NCBI GenBank assembly: GCA_963614875.1
Contig: CAVEFC010000004.1
Location: 1-58,108, forward strand
Reading direction: 5' to 3'
DNA: 58,108 nt
Source of the DNA: an uncultured Eubacteriales bacterium
GTDB taxonomy: Bacteria > Bacillota > Clostridia > Oscillospirales > CAG-272
Below, one piece after another: positions 46,268 to 55,478 of this stretch (positions are counted from its first letter, which is position 1; each line of letters begins with the position of its first letter). The notes below the pieces were generated by a model. That model was not told the origin of the DNA. It saw only the letters and a program-made list of their open reading frames with translations, and did no database searches. The translations under genes were made by a program, and so were the position numbers.

Positions 46268-48697
46268 ATGATACTTTCACTCAATTGGCTTCGCGATTTC
46301 ATCGACGTAAGCGATATAGACATAAAAACCTTCTGCGAGGATATGACGGTTTCCGGCTCAAAGGTGGAAACCTATGAGCAGCTCGGAAAGGAAATCGAAA
46401 ACGTCCGCGTGGGACTTATAACAAAAATAGAGCAGCACCCCGACGCCGAAAGGCTCGTTATCTGTCAGGTCGATATCGGCGGCAGAAATCTTCAGATAGT
46501 GACCGCCGCAAAGAACGTATTCGAGGGCGCGCTTGTTCCCGTTGCAATTTCTCCTTCGGGAGAAAAAATCGTTGCAAAGCTTGCTCACGGCGTTGAAATA
46601 AAAACAAGCAAGCTTCGCGGCGCGGCAAGCGAAGGAATGTTCTGCTCGATAGAAGAGCTCGGACTCGATCTTCATGATATGCCCGGCGCTCCGACGGACG
46701 GAATTCTCATTCTCAACGAAAATTATCCCTGCAAGCCCGGCGACGACATAACAGACGTTCTTCATATGAACGACACGGCTGTCGAATTTGAAATAACGCC
46801 CAACCGTCCCGACTGTCTTTCCGTAATAGGTCTGGCAAGGGAAGCCGCGGCAACCTTCAGGCGTCAGGCAAATATCCCCGCTCCGAAGGTAAAAGGCTCG
46901 GATGGCGACGTGCGCGACTATATAAGCGTATCGGTTGACAGCAAAAAATGCTCGCGCTACTGTGCAAGAGTCGTAAAAAACGTAAAGATTGCGCCTTCGC
47001 CGCTGTGGCTTCGCATGCGTCTGCGCGCGGCAGGTGTAAGACCGATAAACAATATCGTTGATATAACAAACTACGTTATGATAGAATACGGTCAGCCGAT
47101 GCACGCGTTCGACTATTCCTGCCTTGACGGAAACCGTATAGTTGTACGCGAGGCAGGCGACGGAGAAATTTTCCGCACGCTTGACAGTCAGGAAAGAGCG
47201 CTTACTCCCGATATGCTTGTCATTGCAGACAAGGATCGCCCCGTCGGTATTGCCGGCGTTATGGGCGGCGAAAACAGCGAAATCACGGACTCAACGGCTA
47301 CGGTTGTATTTGAATCCGCCTGCTTTGACGGCGCTTCCGTCCGTATCACAGCGAAAAAGCTCGGTATGAGAACCGAAAGCTCCGCACGCTTTGAAAAAGG
47401 TCTTGACTGCGAAAACTGTATGCCCGCTCTTCAGCGCGCATGCGAGCTTGTCGAGCTTCTCGGCGCAGGCGAGGTCGTAGGCGGCGCGGTGGACGTTTAC
47501 CCCGAAAAGAAACCCGTTTACACCGTTCCCTTCGAACCCGAAAGAATAAACCGTTTCCTCGGCATATTCCTTTCTCCCGACAGTATGAAGGATATCCTCC
47601 GTTCGCTTTGCTTTGAAATCGAGGACGGCAAGGTTATAGTTCCGTCCTTCCGTGACGACGTCCGCTGTATGAACGACGTGGCGGAGGAGGTTGTCCGTAT
47701 TTACGGCTACAACGAAATAGCTTCAAGCTCCATCGTTGCGCAGATGACTCAGGGCGGACTTCCCAAGGACGTCAAATTCCGCGAAGGACTTTCCGATCAT
47801 CTCTGTGCGCTCGGACTTGACGAAATATGCACGTTTACCTTTATTCCCGCAAGAATTTATACAAAATCGGGAATGGCGGAGGACGATCCGAGAAGAAAAT
47901 CGGTTGAAATATCAAACCCGTTCGGCGAAGATACAAAAACTCTCCGCACAACGTCCGTGCCGTCAATGCTCGAAACGCTTGAGCTCAACTACAACAGATC
48001 AAACCCCTCGGCTTCGCTTTTTGAAATGGCTAAGGTTTTCATTCCCAGAGAGGGAATTGTGACAAACACTCACGGTCTTGAAGGCTCTCTTCCCGACGAG
48101 AGAATCAAGGTAACGGTAGGATTTTACGGCGCAGGCTCGTTTTCGCGCATAAAGGGAATTTGCGAGGAAATTCTTCGCTATGCGGGAATAAGCAGCGCAA
48201 AATATGTCGCCGTATCGACGGATCCCGCCTTCCATCCCGGACGCTGCGCAAGCATCGTTCTTCCGGACGGAACAAACCTCGGCACATTCGGAGAAATTCA
48301 TCCCGTAACGCTTGAAAATTACACGTTTTCGTGTCCCGTCTATGTTGCGGAGCTCGACCTCGGATATATCTGGGAGCACGCAAAGCTTGAAAAGAGCTAC
48401 AAGCCTCTGCCCAAGTTCCCCGCCGTCAGCCGCGACTTTTCGCTTGTCTGCGACGAGGACGTTGAGGTCGGCACGCTTGAAGAAGCGATGTCATCCTGCG
48501 GCGTAAAAATTCTCGAAAGCATCACGCTTTTCGACATTTACAGAGGAAGTCAGCTTCCCGAAGGCAAAAAAAGCGTAAGCTTTTCCGTAATGCTCCGTTC
48601 CGCCGATCACACTCTGACCGTTGAAGAAGCGGACAAAGCCACCAAAAAAATACTCGGCGCGCTTGAGCATAAGCTCGGCGTAACAATCCGTTCGTAA
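46268..48697 (+). CDS. pheT: phenylalanyl-tRNA synthetase beta subunit
   Basis: 809 aa. N-terminal tRNA-binding OB domain, B3/4, B5 and FDX-ACB regions in the usual order. Confidence 0.95.
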   Translation: MILSLNWLRDFIDVSDIDIKTFCEDMTVSGSKVETYEQLGKEIENVRVGLITKIEQHPDAERLVICQVDIGGRNLQIVTAAKNVFEGALVPVAISPSGEKIVAKLAHGVEIKTSKLRGAASEGMFCSIEELGLDLHDMPGAPTDGILILNENYPCKPGDDITDVLHMNDTAVEFEITPNRPDCLSVIGLAREAAATFRRQANIPAPKVKGSDGDVRDYISVSVDSKKCSRYCARVVKNVKIAPSPLWLRMRLRAAGVRPINNIVDITNYVMIEYGQPMHAFDYSCLDGNRIVVREAGDGEIFRTLDSQERALTPDMLVIADKDRPVGIAGVMGGENSEITDSTATVVFESACFDGASVRITAKKLGMRTESSARFEKGLDCENCMPALQRACELVELLGAGEVVGGAVDVYPEKKPVYTVPFEPERINRFLGIFLSPDSMKDILRSLCFEIEDGKVIVPSFRDDVRCMNDVAEEVVRIYGYNEIASSSIVAQMTQGGLPKDVKFREGLSDHLCALGLDEICTFTFIPARIYTKSGMAEDDPRRKSVEISNPFGEDTKTLRTTSVPSMLETLELNYNRSNPSASLFEMAKVFIPREGIVTNTHGLEGSLPDERIKVTVGFYGAGSFSRIKGICEEILRYAGISSAKYVAVSTDPAFHPGRCASIVLPDGTNLGTFGEIHPVTLENYTFSCPVYVAELDLGYIWEHAKLEKSYKPLPKFPAVSRDFSLVCDEDVEVGTLEEAMSSCGVKILESITLFDIYRGSQLPEGKKSVSFSVMLRSADHTLTVEEADKATKKILGALEHKLGVTIRS

Positions 48698-48712
48698 AAG
48701 GAGGGTTTTACA

Positions 48713-49267
48713 ATGTATTATGACATAGAAATTGCGGGACTTCGGCGCAGACTTCCGCTTTGCCCCCTGAATGATTCGCTTTATATCGGCGCTTTTGTAA
48801 TGTTCGGCGATGTTGAGCTGACAAAAGCCGCCGCAACCGAGCTTCTTAAGCTCGCGCCCGAGCACGACATAATGATAACCGCCGAAAGCAAGGGAATTCC
48901 GCTTGTTTACGAAATGGCGCGTCAGTCCGGCGTAAACAATTATCTTCTCGCAAGAAAAACGCCGAAGCTTTATATGCGCGACATCTTCTCGATAGAAGTA
49001 AAATCAATAACTCACGCCACCTCCCAGACGCTTTACCTCGACGGCAACGACGTCACGGCTATGAAAGGCAAAAGGGTTCTCATCGTTGACGACGTTATAA
49101 GCACGGGCGAATCGCTTCACGCCCTTGAAGAGCTTGTCGCAAAAGCCGGCGGAAACACTGTCGGAAGGCTTTGCGTTCTTGCCGAAGGCGATGCCGCAAA
49201 GCGCGACGATATCAGATTTCTTCAGGTGCTTCCTCTGTTCAATGCAGACGGTACGGCAATAAAGTAA
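48713..49267 (+). CDS. phosphoribosyltransferase family protein (adenine PRT-like)
   Basis: 184 aa. PRPP-binding motif VLIVDDVISTGESL. Confidence 0.8.
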   Translation: MYYDIEIAGLRRRLPLCPLNDSLYIGAFVMFGDVELTKAAATELLKLAPEHDIMITAESKGIPLVYEMARQSGVNNYLLARKTPKLYMRDIFSIEVKSITHATSQTLYLDGNDVTAMKGKRVLIVDDVISTGESLHALEELVAKAGGNTVGRLCVLAEGDAAKRDDIRFLQVLPLFNADGTAIK

Positions 49268-49274
49268 AAACCGA

Positions 49275-49300
49275 AAGCCACCCGAGAGGGTGGCTTTTGA
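49275..49300 (+). terminator. intrinsic terminator
   Basis: AAGCCACCC-GAGA-GGGTGGCTT followed by TTTGA. Confidence 0.7.
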
Positions 49301-49326
49301 ACTGAAAATTAAAATATTTAATAAAT

Positions 49327-49360
49327 TTGTATCGAAAATCGCGGCAATGTATGATATAAT
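49327..49360 (+). promoter_or_regulatory. candidate promoter for pepV (TTGTAT-17-TATGAT, overlapping TATAAT)
   Basis: TTGTAT at 49327-49332, TATGAT at 49350-49355 and TATAAT at 49355-49360. Confidence 0.45.
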
Positions 49361-49395
49361 AATAAAAAACGAATTTATAGGGAAGGAGAACCTCT

Positions 49396-50784
49396 ATGAA
49401 CGCAGAAATATATAATTATGTAGACGCCAATCTTACGAAAATGATAGGCACTCTTTCGGAGCTTGTGGCGATTCCGAGTGTAAAAGGCAAGGCTGTGCCC
49501 GGAAAGCCCTATGGCGAAGAATGTGCGAAAGTGCTTGATAAAATGCTTAATATTGCGTCATCGTTCGGATTCAAAGCCGAAAATCACAAAAACAGAGTCG
49601 GTACGATAGATCTTTATCCGGAGGGCGAGCCTTCGCTCGGAATACTTTGTCATCTTGACGTTGTTCCTGCCGGCGAAGGCTGGAAAACTCCCCCGTTTTC
49701 AATGTTTATGTCGGGCGGAAAGCTTTACGGCAGAGGCACAATGGACGACAAAGGTCCTGCCGTTTGCGTGCTTTATGCAATGAAAGCCATAAAGGACTGC
49801 GGAATAAAGCTTTCAAAAAACGTGCGTTTTATTGTCGGCACGGACGAAGAAAACGGCTCATCGGATCTTGAATGGTACAAAAAGCAGGCAAAGCTTCCTC
49901 CGAACGTATTCACTCCGGACGGAAGCTATCCCGTTATAAATATAGAAAAGGGTATGATCCGCGGCGAAGTATCCGCAAAATGCTCCGTCGGAGGAACAAA
50001 ATCGGTGCTTTCGGCGTCGGGCGGCACGGTTATAAACGCCGTTCCGGAAAGCGCCTGCGCCACCGTTGTCGGTTTTTCGGATATTGAGCTTACGCTCGCC
50101 GCAAAAAACGCAGGGATAGGTCAGCTTGTCACCTTCGGAAAGGACGGCGACAAAACCGTGATAACCGTAAAGGGAAAGAGCGCTCACGCCTCGACTCCGG
50201 CAGATGGCATAAATGCCGTAACGGGACTTTGCTCTATGCTCGGCAGGCTTTACGGCGACGATGATTCCACCGTTATGTTCCGCAATCTTTCCTCGCTTTT
50301 CCCCTTCGGCGAAACGGACGGAAAGTCGCTTAAAATCGCCGCCTCCGACGAAAGATCCGGCACGCTTACGGAAGTTTTGAGTATTCTTTCGTACTCAAAG
50401 GGCGTGCTTGCGGGCAAGTTCGACATACGTTTTCCGCTCTGCCGCTCCGTTGAAAAAGTAAAGACGGGGCTTGAAAAGGCTTTTGCCGCAAAAAATATGG
50501 AGCTTTCCGATTTTTCCGGCGTCGAGCCTCACGAGACCTCCGCCGATTCGGATTTTGTAAAAACGCTGAACAAGGTTTATGAAGATATAACCGGCGCGCG
50601 CAGCGGATGCATAGCCATCGGCGGCGGCACTTATGTTCACGATATTGAAGGCGGCGTTGCTTTCGGCGCGGAATTTCCCGGCGAGGACTGCAAAATTCAT
50701 TCCGTCGGCGAATTTATTTCCGTCGAACGTATGAAGCAAAACACCAAAATCTTCGCGGAAGCCATAATCCGTCTCTGCAAATAA
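49396..50784 (+). CDS. pepV: M20-family dipeptidase (PepV/Sapep type)
   Basis: 462 aa. Motifs HLDVVPAG, GRGTMDDKGP and GTDEENGS. Confidence 0.85.
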   Translation: MNAEIYNYVDANLTKMIGTLSELVAIPSVKGKAVPGKPYGEECAKVLDKMLNIASSFGFKAENHKNRVGTIDLYPEGEPSLGILCHLDVVPAGEGWKTPPFSMFMSGGKLYGRGTMDDKGPAVCVLYAMKAIKDCGIKLSKNVRFIVGTDEENGSSDLEWYKKQAKLPPNVFTPDGSYPVINIEKGMIRGEVSAKCSVGGTKSVLSASGGTVINAVPESACATVVGFSDIELTLAAKNAGIGQLVTFGKDGDKTVITVKGKSAHASTPADGINAVTGLCSMLGRLYGDDDSTVMFRNLSSLFPFGETDGKSLKIAASDERSGTLTEVLSILSYSKGVLAGKFDIRFPLCRSVEKVKTGLEKAFAAKNMELSDFSGVEPHETSADSDFVKTLNKVYEDITGARSGCIAIGGGTYVHDIEGGVAFGAEFPGEDCKIHSVGEFISVERMKQNTKIFAEAIIRLCK

Positions 50785-51090
50785 CCTACTTTTCTTCGAC
50801 CGTACTTTTCTTCGAGAAGAAAAGTAGGCAAAAGAAGCTTCGGTTATCGGGAATGATATACAGATTTTTTAGTATCTGCGCAGACGGAGCTTATTAAAAA
50901 AGCAAAAGAAACTTCAATTATCGGCGATGATGTACAGATTTTTTAGTATCTGCGCAGACGGAGCTTATTAAAAAAGCAAAAGATGCTTCAATTATCGGCG
51001 ATGATGTACAGATTTTTTAGTATCTGTGCAGACGGGGCTTATTAAAAAAGCAAAAGAAACTTTAGTTATCGGGGACGATATACAGAATTC
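50785..51090 (+). repeat. hairpin plus 3.5 tandem copies of a 74-bp repeat
   Basis: CCTACTTTTCTTCGA occurs twice, with the inverted GAAGAAAAGTAGG (50785-50828). Units start at 50828, 50902, 50976 and 51050, an exact 74-nt period. Each carries the palindromes ATCGGCGAT and TCTGCGCAGA. Confidence 0.9.
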
Positions 51091-51248
51091 TATAAAGCCT
51101 CTCACTTTGGTAAATGCTTAATATCTTTTGTCTTTCCGTCCTCAAAATTCAACAAAAAAGCCACCTCGAAGGGTAGCTATCAATAAGACAGTATAAGAAC
51201 ATTTACTGACATAGGGTAGCTGCCGTACAGGGTGCGACAAGATAAATT

Positions 51249-51286
51249 GGCGATACTTGGTTTTCACAACTAGGTATCGCCTTTTT
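51249..51286 (+). terminator. orphan hairpin plus T-run upstream of tnpV
   Basis: GGCGATAC...GTATCGCC (51249-51256 / 51274-51281) followed by TTTTT. No protein gene lies upstream of it. Confidence 0.4.
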
Positions 51287-51329
51287 CTATCTTTAATGAT
51301 TTTTCATACTATGATTGGAGGAACAAATA

Positions 51330-51680
51330 ATGCAGGAACTTACTTATATTCGTTGTGGTGATTACTATATTCCCGATATTTGCTTGCCGGAAGAAAACAG
51401 GCCTATTGGTCGGTGGGGTCGGATGCACAGAGATTATATCAAGGAGCATAACCCCATCCGTTTCAACGATCTGTGTCTTAGCGGCGAACTGTGGACTTAT
51501 CTGGCTAACTTGAACGAACAGGCACAGAGCCGCCTTGAACTTATCATCGAGCAGAAGAAAGCTGCTGGGGGCGTGACAGAGGACATGAAAGCAGCTAACC
51601 AAATAGCATGGGTAGGAGCTATGATCAGCATCCGCAATCGTGCAGAGGAAATTGTGAAAAACGAACTGATTTATAATTGA
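51330..51680 (+). CDS. tnpV: TnpV-family transposon-encoded protein
   Basis: ATG at 51330 with a GGAGGAAC RBS. The pattern MQELTYIRCGDYYIPDI.LPEE..PIG.WG......YIKEH....F..L...G.L..YL..LNEQA...L......GVTE..KA..Q..WV......IRN.AEEIV..ELIY matches my memory of the TnpV family. Confidence 0.75.
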   Translation: MQELTYIRCGDYYIPDICLPEENRPIGRWGRMHRDYIKEHNPIRFNDLCLSGELWTYLANLNEQAQSRLELIIEQKKAAGGVTEDMKAANQIAWVGAMISIRNRAEEIVKNELIYN

Positions 51681-51687
51681 TACCGCA

Positions 51688-51730
51688 GAGGAGCTTGTGT
51701 TCAAGGTGGCACAAGCCCCTCTTTTTCTTT
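51688..51730 (+). terminator. intrinsic terminator after tnpV
   Basis: GAGGAGCTTGTG / CACAAGCCCCTC stem followed by TTTTTCTTTC. Confidence 0.65.
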
Positions 51731-51764
51731 CTGCGTAGGCGAAAAACAAGTTCATGCAAACCTA

Positions 51765-51793
51765 TTGAAAAATTCATGATTTCGTGATATAAT
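51765..51793 (+). promoter_or_regulatory. near-consensus sigma-A promoter of the R-M operon (TTGAAA-17-TATAAT)
   Basis: TTGAAA at 51765-51770, a 17-nt spacer, TATAAT at 51788-51793. Confidence 0.7.
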
Positions 51794-51820
51794 AATTGCT
51801 GATGTAAGGAGGGACTTGCT

Positions 51821-52048
51821 ATGGCTGTAACCTATAAAAAGTTATTTCACCTGCTGATCGACAAAGGCATGACCAATGCCGAATTGATGGAGAAAGCAGG
51901 CTTTAGCGCCAATATTATTACCCGCATCAAGCGTGACAATTACATTTCTCTCAACAGTATTGAGAGGATTTGCAAAACTTTCAACTGCGGCGTTGACGAT
52001 ATTCTGGATTTTATACCTGATATAAAGGAGAACGAAAACAATGATTGA
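51821..52048 (+). CDS. XRE-family HTH protein (possible controller of the R-M operon)
   Basis: 75 aa. HTH GMTNAELMEKAGFSANIITRIKRDN. AGGAGGG RBS. Overlaps the hsdM start by 8 nt. Confidence 0.8.
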   Translation: MAVTYKKLFHLLIDKGMTNAELMEKAGFSANIITRIKRDNYISLNSIERICKTFNCGVDDILDFIPDIKENENND

Positions 52049-53606
52049 TACAAAGAAAGAACAAGAGCGTGACGAGCTGCACCGTGCGATATGGGCAATC
52101 GCTGATGAGCTCCGTGGTGCCGTGGACGGCTGGGATTTCAAGAACTATGTCCTTGGCACGATGTTTTACAGATATATCTCCGAAAATCTGACCAATTACA
52201 TTAACTCCGGTGAGCAGGATGCCGGTAATACTGATTTTGATTATGCAAAAATGTCCGATGCCGAAGCAGAGGAAGCCCGTGAGGGGCTTGTTGAAGAAAA
52301 AGGCTTTTTTATTCTGCCGTCTGAACTGTTCTGCAATGTCAACCGCAGAGTAGACAATGACGAAAATCTGAATGAGACCTTGGAGCGTGTGTTCAACCAT
52401 ATCGGAGCATCCGCAAAAGGTTCTTCCTCTGAAAGCAGCTTCGCCGGACTGTTTGATGATTTTGATGTGAACAGCAACAAACTTGGCTCTACCGTTGCAA
52501 AGAGAAATGAACGCCTTGCAAAACTTCTGCATGGTGTAGCCGATATGAACCTTGGCGATGTAAAAGACCATGACATTGATGCCTTTGGCGATGCCTACGA
52601 ATATCTGATGACCATGTACGCATCGGGAGCAGGAAAATCCGGCGGTGAGTTCTTTACCCCTGCTGATGTTTCCGAATTGCTCACCAGACTCGGCACGGTG
52701 GACAAGACTGAAATCAATAAAGTCTATGACCCTGCGTGTGGCTCCGGTTCTCTGCTTCTGAAAGCAGAAAAGGTTCTTGGCAAGGATGCCGTCAGAAATG
52801 GTTTCTACGGACAGGAAATCAACATCACTACTTACAACCTCTGCCGTATCAATATGTTCCTGCATGATGTTGGCTTTGATAAGTTTGACATTGCCTGTGA
52901 GGACACACTGATCGCACCGCAGCATTGGGACGATGAACCGTTTGAGCTGATCGTTTCCAACCCTCCCTATTCCCTCAAGTGGGCTGGCGATGATAACCCT
53001 CTGCTGATTAACGATCCTCGTTTTTCTCCGGCTGGCGTTCTCGCACCGAAGTCTAAAGCCGACCTTGCCTTTATCATGCACTCCCTTTCGTGGCTGGCAA
53101 CAGGCGGCACAGCAGCGATCGTTTGCTTCCCCTGTATTATGTACCGTGGCGGTGCAGAGCAGAAAATCAGAAAGTATCTGATTGATAACAACTATATCGA
53201 CTGCATCATCCAGTTGCCGAGCAATCTGTTCTTTGGAACGTCTATTGCGACCTGTATTATGGTTCTGAAGAAAGGCAAACCTGACAACAAGACCCTGTTT
53301 ATTGACGCTTCCGGCGAGTGCATCAAAGTCACGAACAACAATAAGCTGACTCAGGAAAACATTGACCGTATTGTTTCCACCTTTGCCGCCCGTGCCGAGG
53401 AGCCGCATTTCTCTCATCTGGCAAGTTATGAGGAAATCGAGGGTAATGATTATAACCTCTCCGTTTCCACCTATGTGGAAGCCGAGGATACCAGAGAGAA
53501 AATCGACATTGTAAAGCTCAATGCTGAAATTGAGGAAATTGTCGCCCGTGAACAGGTTCTCCGTGACGAAATAGCGAAGATCATCGCAGAAATCGAGGTG
53601 GAATGA
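52041..53606 (+). CDS. hsdM: type I restriction-modification system methyltransferase subunit
   Basis: 521 aa. N-terminal HsdM domain, FFTPADV, motif I VYDPACGSGSLL and motif IV VSNPPYSLKW. Confidence 0.93.
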   Translation: MIDTKKEQERDELHRAIWAIADELRGAVDGWDFKNYVLGTMFYRYISENLTNYINSGEQDAGNTDFDYAKMSDAEAEEAREGLVEEKGFFILPSELFCNVNRRVDNDENLNETLERVFNHIGASAKGSSSESSFAGLFDDFDVNSNKLGSTVAKRNERLAKLLHGVADMNLGDVKDHDIDAFGDAYEYLMTMYASGAGKSGGEFFTPADVSELLTRLGTVDKTEINKVYDPACGSGSLLLKAEKVLGKDAVRNGFYGQEINITTYNLCRINMFLHDVGFDKFDIACEDTLIAPQHWDDEPFELIVSNPPYSLKWAGDDNPLLINDPRFSPAGVLAPKSKADLAFIMHSLSWLATGGTAAIVCFPCIMYRGGAEQKIRKYLIDNNYIDCIIQLPSNLFFGTSIATCIMVLKKGKPDNKTLFIDASGECIKVTNNNKLTQENIDRIVSTFAARAEEPHFSHLASYEEIEGNDYNLSVSTYVEAEDTREKIDIVKLNAEIEEIVAREQVLRDEIAKIIAEIEVE

Positions 53607-54682
53607 TGAAGAAGGACAAGCGTGAAATCAGCATCGTTCGTTCTTCCGCTGCGGAATATCTGACATTTGTTGCCTCCACAGGTGCAGACGAAAAAAGCAT
53701 AGAGATGCGTTACGAGGACGAAAACATCTGGCTGACGCAAAAAATGATGGCTGCTTTGTATGATGTGGATGTACGAACCATCAACGACCATATTAAAAAA
53801 ATATATTCTGATTCAGAATTGGAACAATCGGCAACTATCCGAAAATATCGGATAGTTCAAACGGAAGGTTCCCGTGAGGTTGCCCGTGAAGTAAACCATT
53901 ATAATCTGCAAATGATTATTTCGGTTGGCTTCAAGGTGAATAACGAGCGAGCGGTGCAGTTCAGAAAATGGGCCAACCGTATTGTAAAAGATTACACCAT
54001 TCAAGGCTGGGTTATGGATGATGACCGTCTGAAAAATGGCGGAACAGTGCTGACAAAAGAATATTTTGAAAAGCAGCTGGAGAAAATCCGTGAGATTCGT
54101 CTTTCGGAGCGAAAATTCTACCAGAAAATCACCGATATTTATGCCACAGCTCTGGACTATGACCCTTCCGCAGCGGCTACAAAACGCTTTTTTGCAGCGG
54201 TGCAAAATAAATTGCACTACAGTGTTCATGGGCAAACAGCAGCCGAGGTTATCTACACCCGAGCAGATGCAGAAAAGGAACACATGGGGCTTACCACATG
54301 GGACGGCTCGCCAAAAAGTAAAATTCATGCCTACGATGTTGTGGTAGCGAAAAACTACTTGACCGAAAAGGAGCTTTCCCAGCTGGGACGCATTGTTTCG
54401 GCATATCTGGATCTGGCAGAAGCACAGGCAGAGCGGCACATTCCGATGACAATGGCAGATTGGGAGAAGCGGCTCGATGGCTTTCTCACCGTGTGGGACA
54501 GAGAGGTTTTGCAGGATGCTGGAAAGGTATCCGCGGAGCTTGCCAAGGCTCACGCCCTGAGCGAGTTTGAAAAATATCGCATCGTGCAGGATCAGCTGTA
54601 TCAAAGCGACTTCGACAGGATGTTGCTGGAAGCAGATTCACATACAAAAGAGCTGCCGGAAGCGAAGGATGGCGGTGAATAA
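53603..54682 (+). CDS. rhuM: RhuM-family protein
   Basis: 359 aa. The N-terminal region with IVQTEGSREVAREVNHYNLQMIISVGFKVNNERAVQFRKWAN and the rest match the RhuM family as I recall it. Its ATG overlaps the hsdM stop. Confidence 0.8.
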   Translation: MMKKDKREISIVRSSAAEYLTFVASTGADEKSIEMRYEDENIWLTQKMMAALYDVDVRTINDHIKKIYSDSELEQSATIRKYRIVQTEGSREVAREVNHYNLQMIISVGFKVNNERAVQFRKWANRIVKDYTIQGWVMDDDRLKNGGTVLTKEYFEKQLEKIREIRLSERKFYQKITDIYATALDYDPSAAATKRFFAAVQNKLHYSVHGQTAAEVIYTRADAEKEHMGLTTWDGSPKSKIHAYDVVVAKNYLTEKELSQLGRIVSAYLDLAEAQAERHIPMTMADWEKRLDGFLTVWDREVLQDAGKVSAELAKAHALSEFEKYRIVQDQLYQSDFDRMLLEADSHTKELPEAKDGGE

Positions 54683-54881
54683 ACTTTATGAGATTATCTG
54701 CTGTTTTGTCAAAACCGCCCAATAAGGAATACGTTCAAATTGATGCCTTTTTGCAAAAAAAGCCGGTAAAGTAGGCCAAAAGGTCGATATTTCAACCGGA
54801 ACGGTCGCCCTGAACTATTTTTGCGTTTCATGCGGGGATATAAGGACTTTTTGGTCAAGCCCCAAACTCACATGCATTTTT

Positions 54882-55478
54882 GTGAGTAAGAATCTAATCA
54901 GTGTTGATTGTGTTTTGACCTGCGGATGCGGCGCTTCCATACCAGTATGGTTTTTGATAGAGAGCAAAAATGATATAACAGGTCAAGCTCCTACTATACG
55001 CATATTGAAGAAAAGTGTAAAACTATCCGATGTGGTTCGGATCAACGACAATCGCTATGGGGAGTTTACTCCGCTATTAGACAAAGCTATGCAGGCATAT
55101 ACCGACGGATTAGGAGCAGGTGCAGTTGTATATCTGAGAAAAATTTTCGAAAAAATCACGGTGAAAGCAGCGAAAGCAGTCAATATCGAGTATGCTCAAT
55201 ATAAAGGCGGAAGCCCAAAGAACTTTTCTGATCTGCTAAAAAAGGTGGATGAAAAATGTTCTATAATCCCAAAAGAATTCTCCGCAAACGGGTATAAACT
55301 GTTTCGAGAATTGAGCGGTGTCGTCCATGGAGAATATGATGAAGAAGCAGGATTGAAGAATTTCGAAGCCCTACATAGGCTTGTAATAGGAATCCTTGAA
55401 AATGTAATCAATCATAAAGAGTTATTGGATGCTATTACTGTGCTTGGTTGGAACGAAGAAAGAGGTGAAGATAAATGA
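54882..55478 (+). CDS. Zn-ribbon / DUF4145-like protein; 5' end apparently disrupted (in-frame coding sequence continues upstream to 54744)
   Basis: The tracked GTG start has no RBS. The upstream in-frame sequence encodes ...FCVSCGDIRTFW... An ATG at 54743 sits in a frame offset by one nucleotide, ahead of an A7 run (54755-54761). The C-terminal part (YLRKIFEKI....FRELSGVVHGEYDE) resembles DUF4145, from memory. Confidence 0.6.
   Translation: MSKNLISVDCVLTCGCGASIPVWFLIESKNDITGQAPTIRILKKSVKLSDVVRINDNRYGEFTPLLDKAMQAYTDGLGAGAVVYLRKIFEKITVKAAKAVNIEYAQYKGGSPKNFSDLLKKVDEKCSIIPKEFSANGYKLFRELSGVVHGEYDEEAGLKNFEALHRLVIGILENVINHKELLDAITVLGWNEERGEDK

Noticed and set aside
50828-51090. Possible CRISPR array
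   Set aside because: The 74-bp units are contiguous with no unique spacers, and there are no cas genes in the window. It is a plain tandem repeat.
52011-53417. 468-aa minus-strand ORF, antisense to hsdM; likewise 53813-54604 opposite rhuM
   Set aside because: hsdM and rhuM are unambiguous on the plus strand. The antisense ORFs have no RBS or motifs.
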